A DNA stretch of 64,000 nucleotides from Octopus sinensis (Eukaryota), in NCBI RefSeq assembly GCF_006345805.1, contig NC_043005.1, positions 37,138,001 to 37,202,000 of the forward strand, written 5' to 3'. This document shows, piece after piece, positions 1 through 13,144 of this stretch (position 1 is its first letter; each line of letters begins with the position of its first letter). The notes under the pieces are model-generated. The model worked only from the letters and a program-made list of their open reading frames with translations. It ran no database searches and was not told the origin of the DNA. The position numbers and the translations under genes were made by a program.

Positions 1-199
1 ACTGATGTATGATAAACCAGGTTGATGATCAGTCGAACATTCTGTTTTTACCATAAAAATGTTTCCCACTGACCACCCACACTGCTCAGTTACCCAGAAT
101 GCACTGACTGTCACTTGTGTTCATGTGATCACACAGTCAAGCTGTGTATTTTTTTTATATAGTTGTACATATGAGCATGGGACCAATGAACAGAAAAAA

Positions 200-346
200 A
201 AATTACAAAGGTGTTTGATCCCTACAAAGGATACAGATGAGGGTATCAAGGTAGAAATGATCAAGAAAATATGTGATGGTAGAAGCTTCACTGCTGTGAG
301 CTAAGAGTTTGGTGTCAATGAATCTACCATGCTTTCCTTTTACAAA
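200..346 (+). mobile_element. Probable Tigger/pogo transposase N-terminal HTH remnant (decayed)
   Basis: Frame reads KVEMIKKICDGRSFTAVS*EFGVNESTMLSFYK. This resembles the CENP-B-type HTH of Tigger transposases (K.E.I...E.G......AR.YG.NEST). One in-frame stop; short match only. Confidence 0.5.
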
Positions 347-582
347 GTACATGGCGATGATTCATTTATCACTGCTTTTTGGTACTAAAAACCTCTTTCC
401 TGTGGAAGAGGAAAAATATATTGTGAAATTTTATGATATTTTAGGCTACAGGAAACTTGAAGTTTACATGAAATCAGAATAAATAAATTTGGGAATTTGG
501 GACATTCTTACCTTTCCTATGGAATTAATAATTTTACAGCAACACATCAATAATAGTAATATTGTATAATACAATGTATACA

Positions 583-930
583 GGCACAGGCATGGCTGTG
601 TAGTAAGAAGCTTACTTCCAAACCACATGTTTTCTGGTTCAATTCCACTGTGTGGCACCTTCAGCAAGTGTCTTCTACTATAACCTCAGTCTCACCTAAG
701 TTGTGTGTGTGTGTGAGAGTGTCTGTATTTGTCCCTCACCACCAACTGACAACTGGAGTTGGTTTGTTTATGTCCCCATAATTTAGTGGTTCAGCAAAAG
801 AAACTGATAGAATATATACCAGGTTTGAAAAAAAAAAATCACCGGGGTCAGTTCATTTGACTAAACATTCAAGGTGGTGCTCCATTATGGCTGCAGTCTA
901 ATGACTGAAACAAGTAAAAGATAAAAGAAT
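583..930 (+). mobile_element. tRNA-derived SINE, family A, near full length
   Basis: Head GGCACAGGCATGGCTGTGTAGTAAG with A-box-like TGGCTGTGT and B-box-like GGTTCAATTCC. Tail ...GCAGTCTAATGACTGAAACAAGTAAAAG. Same sequence recurs at many positions in the window. Confidence 0.85.
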
Positions 931-1039
931 GTGCTTGTTTCAACTGTTGGAGTACTGACTTCTTAAGCAGGTATTTAGTTAAACCTTGCCATACATAATG
1001 TATTGTAGCTTTCATAATCTGTCTTGTGGGCAAAAATGA

Positions 1040-1200
1040 TAATGTCAGAGCAATTTCATTGCAGTGTTTGTCCCAGCCCTTTGTTCTGAGTTCAAATCCT
1101 GCCAAGGTCAACTTTGCCTTTCAGGGTTGGTATAAAAATTAAGGGTCAAGTATACTAACTCACTCCTCCAAAATTTCAAGCCTTGTGCCTATTTACAGTT
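1040..1200 (+). mobile_element. SINE family B fragment
   Basis: CTGAGTTCAAATCCTGCCAAGGTCAACTTTGCCTTTCA core shared with the other family-B copies. Confidence 0.7.
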
Positions 1201-2199
1201 ACCTACTTACTAATAGGAATGACGAAATCAGTGGTGTAAATCTAAATAGTATAGAATATTCTATTTTGCAAAGCATATCCTCTGATTGGTTGTATAGAAA
1301 AATAAAATTGAAAATAGCTGTATGCATACTTACATACGAAAATAGAAGCAAAGATGTTTCAGTTTTTAAGTCTTTCATACTGTCTTCTCTCTCTCTCCCA
1401 TCCTATATAAACATAATACCACTTGAAACATATTTAATATTGTTCAGGAGTCACATATATTTATTTCAATTGTTTACTATCCATCACTTCAGAACATTGT
1501 GAAAAATAGTGTCTGTCTGTCTGTCTATGTTTATCACAATAATATTATTTCATGTTTACATTGTGATGAGGCTGATGAAATGTTTGATTTCTGATGTATG
1601 ACGTCTTATCTATTTTGTTGTAAAAACTCCATGTTTCTACAATAAAATAACTGTGCATGTGTGTAAATACGACAAAGAGAAAATAATGGAAAACAAATTT
1701 GATACTCATTGGAAGAGAAACTTTAGTTTCCAACCCATGCTAGCATGGAAAACAGACGTTAAACGATGATGATGATGATTTAAAAGAGACTAGAAAAACA
1801 TTGATTTATGTTTTTTATTTGCATTTCTTTAGAGACTACCCTCGTATCTTGGTCCTTATTCAGATAATTTTTATGGTTGTTTTAAGTTTTTCAGTAAAAG
1901 GATCTTTAGAAATGAATACTGACAAGACAGACAAAGAAAATTAAAGTTTTGATTCAAAAAAGGTTAAAAAGCCATGGTGGGTTACATTGGATGTATTTAC
2001 GAAATGAAAAATAATGATTTAGATATCAAAGTGTGTCAGTAATGGTTTGTAAATTCTCACTCATACATATGTTTATTCACATAAGTATTAAATTCTTATA
2101 TGTGGGCTTTGCATATTTACCTGTCTCTCTGCTTGATTTTACTCTTGTTGTTCCCCCACCCCACCCATGCTAACAAGGGGAAACAAATATATTATCGAA

Positions 2200-3144
2200 G
2201 TAATGGTTTATTGCAAAATGGCTTTCCTACCACTCCATCATAAACTTTTTGCTTCCAGGTTTTCCTCTCATGTAATATGTCTTTCCATTTCTGTCCTGAA
2301 ATCTCACAGATATCAAGTGATTCCTTTCAGGTTGTCCTTGAATCACTTTCTTGGCGTATGTTGTGGATGAGTGCCTTTTTGACAGTTTGCCATACCACAT
2401 TTGCTTGAGAATTCTAGTCATCAAGACACACAACATACAGCAACAGTGGATGTGGGCCTCAATACTTACTGCATTGGCTCTTTCAAAACTATCTGTGTCA
2501 GGGGTATGAGTTCCCTGGTGGATACCCAGGATGTTTCTCAAAAATGACTCATGGAAGTGCTAAGATGTTTTTAGGTGATGGTGGTCCTCTATCCATGTTT
2601 CACATGAAAATAATAGGCATGTCATTGTGCAGTTGGTGTTATTTTTCAAGGCTCTCTGGTACCAGACATGACCTTCAAAGCAGCAAAGGCATCAGTGGCC
2701 TTTTTACATTCAAGCAGTGATCTTATCATCTAAAGAACAGTATTGGTTGACAATGCTACCCAATTATGTAAAATTATCAACCACCTTCATTTTGTAGCCA
2801 TCAACATGGCTGGCTTTATGCATGACGATCCAGGCACAGGCTGGTATATTACAGCAGTTTTGTCAAGGCTAGTGGTGAGGCCAAAGGCTTTGCAGGAGAG
2901 TGAAAGTTTTGCATCCCTGTATAGTGTATGACACAAGGCACACTCGTCAGCATACAAGAGGTCATGCATCAAACACTGGGGAGTCTTTGTTATCGAAAAA
3001 TCGACCTGATATATATTGTATAACACACTCTTGTTGAAGTCCTTTAAAATATGCAGGAAAACCATAGAGAAGAAGACCTTGAATAGTGTTGGGGAAACAA
3101 GGTCACCCTGTGTGAAACCTGACACATCTAAGAAAATCCAATTA

Positions 3145-3175
<31 letters not shown>

Positions 3176-3490
3176 ACGTGTGTGCATGCATGAAGCTTCA
3201 CTATTTGAGAGTATATGAAACACATGAAATACATCTGACCAAGGTCTGTGGAGCATTCCAAGATCAGCAGTGGTTTTAAACTTTGAAATGACACTGCATT
3301 TCATTTAAGCCTATAACCAACAAATACTGTCATATCAAGCACACAAACAAAGCTTTTGGTTCCTTTTTATCAATCTTTGAGCTGAGATATCTATTTAAGA
3401 CCGCTTAGCTTTATCAGCAATGACTTAAGCAGCTCTGTTCAAGCAATAACTGGTCTGCAATGGTGCAGGTAGCGGAAATTTCCATTGATT
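2200..3490 (-). mobile_element. RTE-clade non-LTR retrotransposon remnant (RT domain plus C-terminal region), frameshifted and split by a (TG)n tract
   Basis: Minus-strand peptides GFTQGDLVSPTLF (QG motif), DLLYADECAL (YADD-like), CKAFGLTTSLDKTAVIYQPVPG and RNILGI...FERANAVSIEA...RILKQMWYGKLS are typical of RTE/BovB-like ORF2. A weaker GNFR-like upstream RT motif lies near 3480. Confidence 0.9.
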
Positions 3491-3619
3491 GTGTATTTGG
3501 AGTCCATTCAAGTCCATCGATTGATCTTATCTGTTTCAGATCATACATGGTTTCAGACTGGCAACCTATGACCAATTTTAACTACCTTGCCTTCTACTGA
3601 GGTTGTTTTACACACAGAC

Positions 3620-3930
3620 AAACACATACACATATATACACACTTATACACACACATACACATACTCATGCACACATACACATGTGCATACATATACATA
3701 TACATGCACATACATATAGACATTTGCATGTGCATATGCAAACATATACTCACACATATACACACAGAGACACATGCACACAGATGTGCACACATACAAG
3801 CACATGTACACATGCATACATATACATATATGCATATGCATACATGCACATATACACCTATACACACTAATTCACATACATATTCATACCCATACACATG
3901 CACTCACACACTCCTACACAAACATACATT
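3620..3930. repeat. Degenerate compound (CA)/(TA) microsatellite
   Basis: Direct inspection; explains the H/T/Y/I and C/V/M ORFs. Confidence 0.9.
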
Positions 3931-4077
3931 TATGTATGGAAATACAAATCATCTAAATGATGAATATTTCAAGGAAGTCTTAATAAATACGAAATATTTC
4001 TCTGGGAAGTAGGTCATGATGATAGTGGTGAATTGTGCCCCAGAATACATAACTATGTTAATATTGGTATGTGGTTA

Positions 4078-4475
4078 AGGTGGCAATCTGCCAGAAATGT
4101 TAGCATGCTGGGCGAAATGCTTAGCAGTATTTCGTCTGCCGCTACGTTCTGGGTTCAAATTCCACCGAGGTCGACTTTGCCTTTAATCCTTTCGGGGTCG
4201 ATTAAATAAGTACCAGTTACACTCTGGGGTCGATATAATCGACTTAATGTTTGTCTGTACTTGTTTGTCCTTTCTGTGTTTAGCCCCTTGTGGGTAGTTA
4301 AGAAATAGATATTTTGTCTGTCTTTACATTCTGAGTTCAAATTCCACCAAGGTCAACTTTGCCTTTCATCATTTTTGGGTTCGATACATTAAGTACTAGT
4401 TGTATACTGGGTTGATCTAATTGACTGGTCCCCTCTCCCAAAATTTTGGGCCTTGTGCCTAGAATAGAAAAGAAT
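4078..4475 (+). mobile_element. SINE family B, dimeric copy
   Basis: Head AAGGTGGCAATCTGCCAGAAATGTTAGCA and B-box GGGTTCAAATTCC. The core is repeated twice, with the second monomer starting near 4290. Confidence 0.85.
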
Positions 4476-4770
4476 TTTGGTGTGTTGTCTTGAAAATTTA
4501 TTGTCATCATCATCTTTGTTTTAACTTCTACTTTTCTGTTCTGGCATGAACTGGATGGAATTTAATGATGCAGATTTTCTACAGCTGTACGCCTTTCATA
4601 TCACCAACCCTCACATGTTTCCAGGCAAGGTAATATATCCTGAGGGATACATTACCTTGCCTGGAAAAGAATATATTCTCAAGGCTGGATGTGTTTTTGC
4701 AAATGAATGGAGGAAGGGGAGAAACACAGATGCACACACGCATGCGTACACACATACAAATATATATCAT

Positions 4771-5110
4771 GGGCTTCTTTCAATTTCCCTCTACCAAATC
4801 CACGCATAAGGCTTTGGTCAGCCTGAGGCTACAGTAGAAGTCACTTGCCCAAAGTGCCACTGAACCTGGAACTATGTGGTTGAGAAGCAAGCATCTTACC
4901 ACACAGCCAAACCTATGTCTATATGTAAACACACACACACACATGTATATCAATGGGATTCTTCAAGTTTCCATGTACAAAATACTAAATCCCACTCATA
5001 AGGCTTTAGGGCTATAGAAGAAGACACATGCCTGAAGTGCTATCTAGTGGGACTGAACCTGAAACCATCTGGTTGGGAAGTAAACTTCTTATTCACACTG
5101 CTATGTCTGT
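4771..5110 (-). mobile_element. Two adjacent 5' portions of SINE family A (about 4771-4920 and 4955-5110)
   Basis: Reverse complement of the family-A head (CTTACCACACAGCC, ACTTGCCCAA, GGCTACAGTAGAAG). Confidence 0.75.
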
Positions 5111-5319
5111 GCTTGAATTCCAGTGTGGTAATAGTTTAAAGGTTTTATTTGTTTGTGTTATGCCTGGCCATTGAGCTATTTGCAGTTCAAAGGAAAATGG
5201 GGAATATTTCCTTGCTTGGAAATGTAGGAGTGTCCGCAACAGGAAAAATATCCAACTGTAGAACCTGTCTTAATAACTGTCATATGATCTATGCAAACTT
5301 GAAAACAGAGTCGCTAAAA

Positions 5320-5631
5320 CAGGGATTCTCAACCATTTTTCATCTATGGACTGCTTTGATTGCTGTTTTATTCTGATGGGCCCGCCCCCTAGCCATTTAA
5401 TGTTTAAATGTTAGTTTTATATAAACATCCTTCAAAATTCTTATTTTGTTTATTCCCGCATTAACTTGTGTAAAGTGAACTATGTAAAATCTTTGAGAAA
5501 GAAACCTAGCTGTTTCTTGCAATACATACCAATACATATATTTAAAGCAAAAACCTTTTCAGGACCGCAACTTACTATTTAGTTGCGAAGACCCCCAAAA
5601 ACCTTATATGGACCCCAGTTGAGAACAACTG
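5320..5631. mobile_element. hAT (Charlie-type) MITE
   Basis: Termini CAGGGATTCTCAAC and GTTGAGAACAACTG form an imperfect TIR of the CAGTGGTTCTCAAC type. Flanking 8-mers CGCTAAAA/TGGTAAAA match 6/8 with central TA, consistent with a hAT 8-bp TSD. Confidence 0.8.
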
Positions 5632-6879
5632 TGGTAAAATGATGATAATGAGAAGGAGGAAATGATTATGATGTCCTTCAGTCACAAGACAAGGATAAGC
5701 AATGTATGTGTTTAACTCATTTCTGTTAGTGTTGTCTTTTCAAAATGGCTGGTATAGCGATGTGAAACTGTATCACTCATCCTTTATTGTAATTATTATC
5801 TTGAGTAATAACAAATATTTACATTTGGAACTGGAGCCTGATAATAACAATAAATGTAGGACCTTCTCAAGAATAGTAATATTTATGATCTGTGCTTCAG
5901 AGAGGTTTAATAGTAAGTATTGGATCTTAGATCTGCAAGATTTGAAATTTGTGAAATGAGAAAAAACAAATGATAGAGAGAGGATGTATCTATGGAAAAT
6001 TCTGTTTCTTCAGTTCTCTTTTTTCTTAAAATAATATATACACACACACACACACACACACATACACGTACAACAGATCTACATGAATATACATATATAT
6101 ATATATATAATGTGTATATAAATGTAAACATACTTATATATTCACAAGTATACACATATCTGTATATCTACATGTCTGTATATATGTGTGTGTGTATAAA
6201 TTCTTACATACATACATACATACATGTGTGTATGTAGATACACATGTAGATAAAAGTGCTTTATTTTATTAACTTGTTCAGGTATTTTATGTCATGCACT
6301 GTAATATGACTTGCATATTGAACTCTGACCCTTTGTACAGTTATGACATCAAAATTGAAAGGAGATTCAATAAATTTTAAATGAATTTCAGCAAGAGAAC
6401 CTTAGCTCGTTACTACTTAGAACTGTTAACCCATCACAACTTTAAACCCTACTCCTGTGTCACTCTATGTTTAAACATCTTTATAAATACAGCATTGTAA
6501 GTTATATACCAATTACTACAATAAACAAAAAAAACAAAAAAACATTGTCATGGCAGTAGGAAAGATTAGTTGTTGCCAAATGGTTGATACTCTTGTACAG
6601 TTCATGCTATTGTTCTTGAAAAGAATCCTCCCCCGAGGAACAGCAGTTAAATATTTTTGGAAAGAGGTGGGAAATACATTTATTGTTTTATCTGTAGTTA
6701 TTTAAAACAAAAAATTCCTTATGATTTATTGTCCATTTGTTTTATGTGTAAATGGTCCCAATAGGCGACTTTGTAGTTGGTTTGTTTACGTATGATTGAT
6801 CTTGTCTGTTAATAAATTGGCTTTACATTACTCCTTTTCAGCTTGTAGATTTTTATATATTCTCTCTCCAGCCTGAATT

Positions 6880-6957
6880 ATATATGTGTATGTTTGTATA
6901 CATATATGTACAGATACGTACATATGCATGTGTGCATATGTATATATATATATAATA

Positions 6958-7022
<65 letters not shown>

Positions 7023-7081
7023 ATATATGTATATGTGGGTATATATATATATATATACATGCATGTATATATGTATATGTG

Positions 7082-7130
<49 letters not shown>

Positions 7131-7141
7131 GCATGTATATA

Positions 7142-7200
<59 letters not shown>

Positions 7201-7240
7201 TATATATGCATAGGTGTATATGTGTTTGTGTGTGTATGTG
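6880..7240. repeat. Long interrupted (TA)n microsatellite
   Basis: Direct inspection. Confidence 0.95.
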
Positions 7241-7400
7241 GGATGACAAAGAAACTCTCATGGAATGTGACCAAATCAAGTAAATTTTTCAACATAGTCC
7301 ACCTTGCAGTCCACACATTTCTTCCACTAGTGTTGCAATGTTTGGATCCTATTGGTCATCCTGTTGGTCAAAAAAGATCATCAACAGCAGAGGGTATTTG
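7240..7400 (-). mobile_element. Mariner transposase C-terminal remnant
   Basis: Minus strand reads ...[20 protein letters not shown], matching the mariner C-terminal motif (I..L..RW.KCV...GDYVE). Confidence 0.85.
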
Positions 7401-9121
7401 ATGATTATATTAACCCTAGTACTTTATTTTATCAACCCTGAAAATGTGAAAGGCAAGATTGACCTCTATAGGTTTTGAACTTAAAATGTTGAGCCTCAAA
7501 ATACACGTGAGGCATTTTATCTGATACTCTAACAATAGTAAAAGTATCACAGCTCACCTAACTATCACTATTTGCACACAATACAGTCATAGTAAAAATA
7601 CAATAATAAGGGGATGGACAAACAGAGATGATGACATACTGTTAATCATATTAGCAGACAAATCTAATAAAAATTTATTTATAAGATACCCCTAATCTAA
7701 CTCAGATTCTGCTCTGAAGTGATTGAATTGATAGGTATGATTAAAGTATCAGGAATCTTGGAATAACTTCATTAAGCCATCAACCAAAATCTGATAATGA
7801 GCTGGATGGCTAAGTTGAAGAATTATATGTTGAGTTGTCTTTTAGTATGTTTTTGCTTAATGATAACATAGAATCCTCAAGGGAAAATAACTTGGGAAAA
7901 TTAAACAGCAGCAAAGAAAAACATAAGTGTTTTTAAAACTATTAAAACTAACCAGACAGAAAGGGAGAGTAGTTTATATAAATTGCTGAATTAGAGAGAA
8001 ATATGATTGCCTCTCACCCACACACAGATGCCTGTTTCTATGTGTTTGTATCTATATGTGTGTGTGTGTGTATGTATGTGTGTGTCTGTGTGTGTGTGTG
8101 GGTATACGTGTATAAAATATGATGAATATATGTGTTTGTATTCATAGACACATATGTCATATATCTATAGTGTGTGTATGTATATATATGTATATGTGCA
8201 TATGTATATATATGTATATATTTGTGTGTGTATGTATATATGTGTGTGTGTGCATGCATACAAAAGAAACAAATGTTGCTTATTTGTTATGTATGGTAAT
8301 TAAGCTAGGAAACAACTAGAGGTTCTTGTATTTTTCTTTTTCTTTTTTTTTTTCTTTGTGGTAGCAGGGTCCTTCTCACGAAGGTATATTATTAATTAAT
8401 GTTACAAAAAGGAAAAGAAATAAATGAAATTTAATGAAGAAAGGTTATCACTCTAACAACAATAGGGGTTGCAAATTAGCTGGTTTCAGCTCCTGTGTTT
8501 CCTGAAACAAGTTGCTATTGTTTTGTCCAATTCTTCGGATCATTATCTTCTTTCATTTCAATTTATTATTAAAACAATGTCCGATCAATACATCTCCTGG
8601 TACTTCAGTTTAGTGGATGAAGTCATTCTAGAAATGAGGCTATGAACACAAATCAATAATGGTTGAAGCAAGATCAATCAAAAAGAAAGAAAGAAAATAG
8701 TAAAATTCACCTTGTGCCAGTTCATATCTCATTACAGGCATTATTTTGTTTCCTTGTAACAAACTTTTGCCTATATTTGACTTGAAAAATAATTGATGAA
8801 AATGGGAAAGAAATAAGCTGAAGACCCCTATCTCACATGAACCAACCCATTTGTGTTTGCTCAAAGAAGTTAAACATTAATATCTTTCTTAAATTGCACA
8901 AACTCATTCCTCAACTGAGCAAATGGTACAGTAATGAAAGTCTGGATGTTCTGTTTTTGGCAAAGTCTGATATTCACTTATTGGAACAGAAGTATTTACT
9001 GCAAGATGTTTTCCGTCCTGTTAGTCAGTCAAGCATAAAACAGTTAGATGTGAACAAAATTATATACTTTCCCTAAAAGTACAGCATTACGGTGGTATTG
9101 GAACTGTTGAACAGTGAGGTC

Positions 9122-9520
9122 ATAACCCTTTTGATACCAACACCCTGGAGACCACTTCCGGTTCTATGATGCAAACTTCTTGCTTTAAAATGATCTAAAT
9201 TAAAACCTTTCATCAAAATTTCATGTTAATTTATTTCCAAACATCAACTTAATTAATAATGACAAAGTTATTTCACTAAATTCTTTGCTATTTTAAAAAT
9301 CAATTAAAACAAAGTCAGTATATTTCAATAGAAATATGGTAACAAAAGGTTTAAAGTGATTGAAATATAAAAAAGAAAGCATTCCATCAAAATTTCATAT
9401 TAATTTATTTCCAAACTATCAGGTTAATTAATAATGACTGTCATTTTTCTTAATTCTTCACTATTTTCAAAATTAATTGAAATAAAGTCAGTGTATTTCA
9501 ACAAAATATGGTAACAAGAT
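9122..9520 (+). mobile_element. piggyBac-like MITE family P2: full copy (9122-9354) followed by a 5'-truncated direct copy (about 9380-9520)
   Basis: Termini ATAA-CCCTTTTGATACC and GGTAACAAAAGGT-TTAA (TTAA/CCC...GGG/TTAA pattern, degenerate). Homologous copies at about 35865-35989 and 58269-58484. Confidence 0.7.
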
Positions 9521-10149
9521 TATGAAGAGAACAGTGAACAACTGCGATGCAAATATTGGTTTAATCACACTTTACAATGTAAAGAGATGGTGCAAATTTA
9601 AGCATAAGATCTATGAAGAAAGAATACAGGTTTGACTTTTTTTATACCAACCTGCTTAAAATTGTCCTTGAAATATTCATAATTAAATTCAAATCTTCCA
9701 AATTTTTTTTTTTTATGTAAGAAACATTTTGTTGTTCCAAGCATTATCTTAGTGATGTCAGAGTTGATTGTTTTGATAAATCTCTCCAAACTGTTTACTA
9801 TTTTGAAAGTAACTATGAAAAGTAATGTTAGGAGTTTACTTTTGCCATAGTGAGTAATATCACATAATGTTACAGAGTTTTAATAATTTTACTTTCTCCA
9901 AGTTTCATGATGAAAAGAATAATAATTTTCAAAATATATAAACATTTCTTCCTCATCATTGTTTTAAAGTCCACTTTTCCATGCTTGAATGTGTCAGAGA
10001 GCTTATTGAGGATAATTTTTTATATTTGGATTCCCTTCCTGTTGCCAACCCTCACCGATTTCCAAGCAAGTCATATTTTCCAGTTGCCAGACATGTCTTT
10101 GCAGAAAATTGGTTCAAATTTTGGCAAAAAGCCTGCAAGTTTGGGGTGT

Positions 10150-10322
10150 GGGTAAGACGATTACATCCAATCCCAATGCTTAACTGGTACTTATTTTGTA
10201 TCAACTGCCCAAAAATGAAAGGCAAAGTCAGCCTCGACAGTATTTAAACTCAGAATGTAATGATGACCGAAATGTCACTAAACATTTTGCCCAGCATGCT
10301 GATGATTCTGCCAGCTTGCCGC
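10150..10322 (-). mobile_element. SINE family B
   Basis: Reverse complement of the family-B head and core (GAAAGGCAAAGTCAGCCTCG...ATTCTGCCAGCTTGCC). Confidence 0.8.
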
Positions 10323-10445
10323 CTGTGTTTTTGTAGAATACTGGAAATGAACCACACTGCTTGAATGACAGTGACACTCATTTACAACTATCATATGATG
10401 GTGAAAACAAGGTTACACAAACATACATGTACTCACACATGGAGG

Positions 10446-10775
10446 AGATCCCCTTCGGTCATGAATGACCATGGGATTGTACCTAGAAAGTTACCCTCCC
10501 AGGCACAAGTCTGGGCCAGGTTGTTTATGGAAGGTCAGCAGTCGCCCATGCATACCAGCCTTCCCTTTCCACACCACTGATGTTATCCAAGAGTAAAGTA
10601 AAGGCTGATACAGCTTGGCTCCAGTGATGTGGCATTTCATTTCTACAGCCGAGTTAACTGGAGCAATGTGAAATAAAGTGTCTTGCTCAAGAACACAGCA
10701 CTCAGCCCTGTCCGGGAATCGAACTTACAACCTCATGATCATAAGCTCGACACTCTAACCACTGAGCCATGCACC
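10446..10775 (-). mobile_element. tRNA-derived SINE, family C, near full length
   Basis: On the minus strand, a tRNA-like head (GGCTCAGTGGTTAGAGTG...GTAAGTTCGATTCCCGG) is followed by a tail ending ...CATGACCGAAGGGG. Second copy at 18826-19150. Confidence 0.85.
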
Positions 10776-12603
10776 TTCACACACACATATATACATTTAT
10801 ATTGCAAAATGGGCTTCTGTCAGATTCCATCTACCAAATCCACTTATGAGGCTTTGGTTGGCCTGAGGTTATAGTTGAAGACACTTGCCCAAGGTGCCAT
10901 ACAGTGGGACTGCAGCAGATTTCTTAACCATACAACCTCAACTGCACCTACATGTATTAAAATAAAGTTAAAATAAATTGCTAATTTATATATTTGCAAA
11001 GAATGTATGTTTATCAATATAACTTAACTACTAAATAACTAGAAATATAACTTCATGTGACACTACTAATAATTGTAAAAGAATGTTCCCAACATTGCTT
11101 GTGGATTGGTAGAATTGTTAAACCAACAGATTAAATGCCTTGTGGTATTTGTTCCAATTCCTTATGAGATTAAATCCAACCAAGGTTAATTTTGTTTGTC
11201 ATTCTTTTGAGTCAGTAAAGTAAAGTACCCATCATATACTGGAGTCAACGTAATTGACTCACCCCACACAGCCCTGGTGTTGTGTCTAAAGTAGAAACAA
11301 CATGATAGGCTAAACTCTAGTTAGTATAGAGTACTCAAAGAAGATAAAACCAATAAGGCCAGAGTTATTTCCCTGCGAGGGGATAGACATATGGAGATAG
11401 ATAGAGAGATGGAGACACACTGCCATTTATATTGTAGTATGATGACACTGTTTTGAACCCTTGCATTCATGTTTCCTAGCTTCAGAGTACAGCTGTCACA
11501 AAATGCACTGAAATCATGTGGTTGTTGCTAAGCCAATCAGATCAACTGAACTGAAATCTTCTTGCAAATAGCTTATAGAATGTCCTGGAACTTAGCTGGT
11601 ATTATATCATGAAGGTGGAGTAATTTAACTAAACAGAGAGTTATCAGATTCTACAAGAGATTGTCATTTTTCTCCATCTTCCAAATATTAGAAACAGTTG
11701 AAGGCACCACACTGAGCTATATTAGTTAAATCTCCTGTTGTTTTTATTTCCCTATCTTAATCTTTCCTTGCAAGTTATGAATCATTGTGATAAATTTCAG
11801 CATGCTGCAGTGACCTTTTATTCATTAATTTTCAAATGCTGTTATTTATTCAACTGCTGTAAAAATGTAGATATTATGATCCCTATTAAATAAAACAAAA
11901 TGAAATGTCATACTCGGTTTAGTGTGATTTTGTGAATTACACAGCATGCAGATATTTTTGTTGTTGATTATTCATTTACCACATCAAAAACACACTAAAA
12001 TATTAATGGACTCTTTGAAACAGACAGGTAGTGTATTTCATTAGGTATATATAACTGAAATGATTTATCACATGTATTTTAAGTTTGAAGGATTTAACTG
12101 AAGTAGAAGATACATTGGCATAAGAGAGGAGTTGCTCAATAGACAAGATGTAAATTACATCACCAAGATTCATGTCAATTCCTTTGTTCAAAGATAAACA
12201 ATAACACCAAAAATAAAAGAATTAAAACTATTACTTTTCCAAAACATGATTTATCATAACTTTTGCCTGGTATATTTTAAATTTCTTTATAATTTTGATG
12301 TAATAATTGATGCATCACCTCTTGCCTTGCATATAGTTTCATATCACAAATAGCTTGCCCTATCAATTACATTTTGATGAAAATCTTTTTTACTTCAATC
12401 AACATTTCCTTCACCTCATTATCATCATTGTTATCATTACTTATCAACACAGCCATCAATAGCACCATTTTCTGCAACATTCTTGTTTTCTAAGATAACT
12501 ACACCATTTCATTGAGCTAACAGGCTTCTCACATCTGTTGAAACAGCTCATCTTCTATTCTTCCTCCTCTACTTGTTTTTTTTTTCTCTGTGATGTTTAA
12601 TAT

Positions 12604-12684
12604 TTCTTCTTCTTCTTCTTCTTCTTCTTCTTCTTCTTCTTCTTCTTCTTCTTCTTCTTCTTCTTCTTCTTCTTCTTCTTCTTC
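12604..12684. repeat. Pure (TTC/GAA)n microsatellite, about 27 units
   Basis: Direct inspection. Confidence 0.95.
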
Positions 12685-13144
12685 CTTCTTCTTCTTTCTT
12701 CTTTCTTCTTTTCCTTCAATTAATTTTTGTTATCCTTGATATTATTTTTGTTAATGCTATTTATTTTCAAGCTAATTTTTCAGCAGATTTCATCGAAAAT
12801 AGCGAAAGTCAGTTGCTCACATTCAACAAATACTTGCACACACAAACTCACAATTAAGGACACACACACACTTATACACTCGTCATCACCATCATCATTT
12901 ATATTCCATGTGTTAGATGGATTGATAGCATCCAGCAAGTGCAAGAACCACATCCTGCTCCACTCTCTCCTTTGGCATGGTTTCTATGGTTCAATGTCCT
13001 TTCCTAAGTCCATTTCACATTATGCAGTTAGTGCATTTTTCTTTACCACCAGCACAAGTGAGGTATAAACATATCGTAATATGTAAATATGTTTATGTAA
13101 TTGCTTTGCAAGATTCCTGATGTGAAATTATGTGTTGAAACACA

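Noticed and set aside
512-516. Possible 5-nt minus-strand microexon (TTCCATAG|GAAAG|GTAAGA) after an ~80-nt AG-free zone
   Set aside because: Frame-shifting length, poor pyrimidine tract and no host gene; expected by chance at this sequence length.
6828-7316. Long Y/I/H/C/V-rich ORFs here and at 3553-4012, 15197-15640, 16281-16496, 44403-44917 and 63000-63366
   Set aside because: They are translations of (TA)n/(CA)n microsatellites, which lack stop codons; not genes.
10446-10775. tRNA gene calls for SINE heads (families A, B, C)
   Set aside because: No complete cloverleaf; each head continues into a shared non-tRNA body, so these are SINEs.
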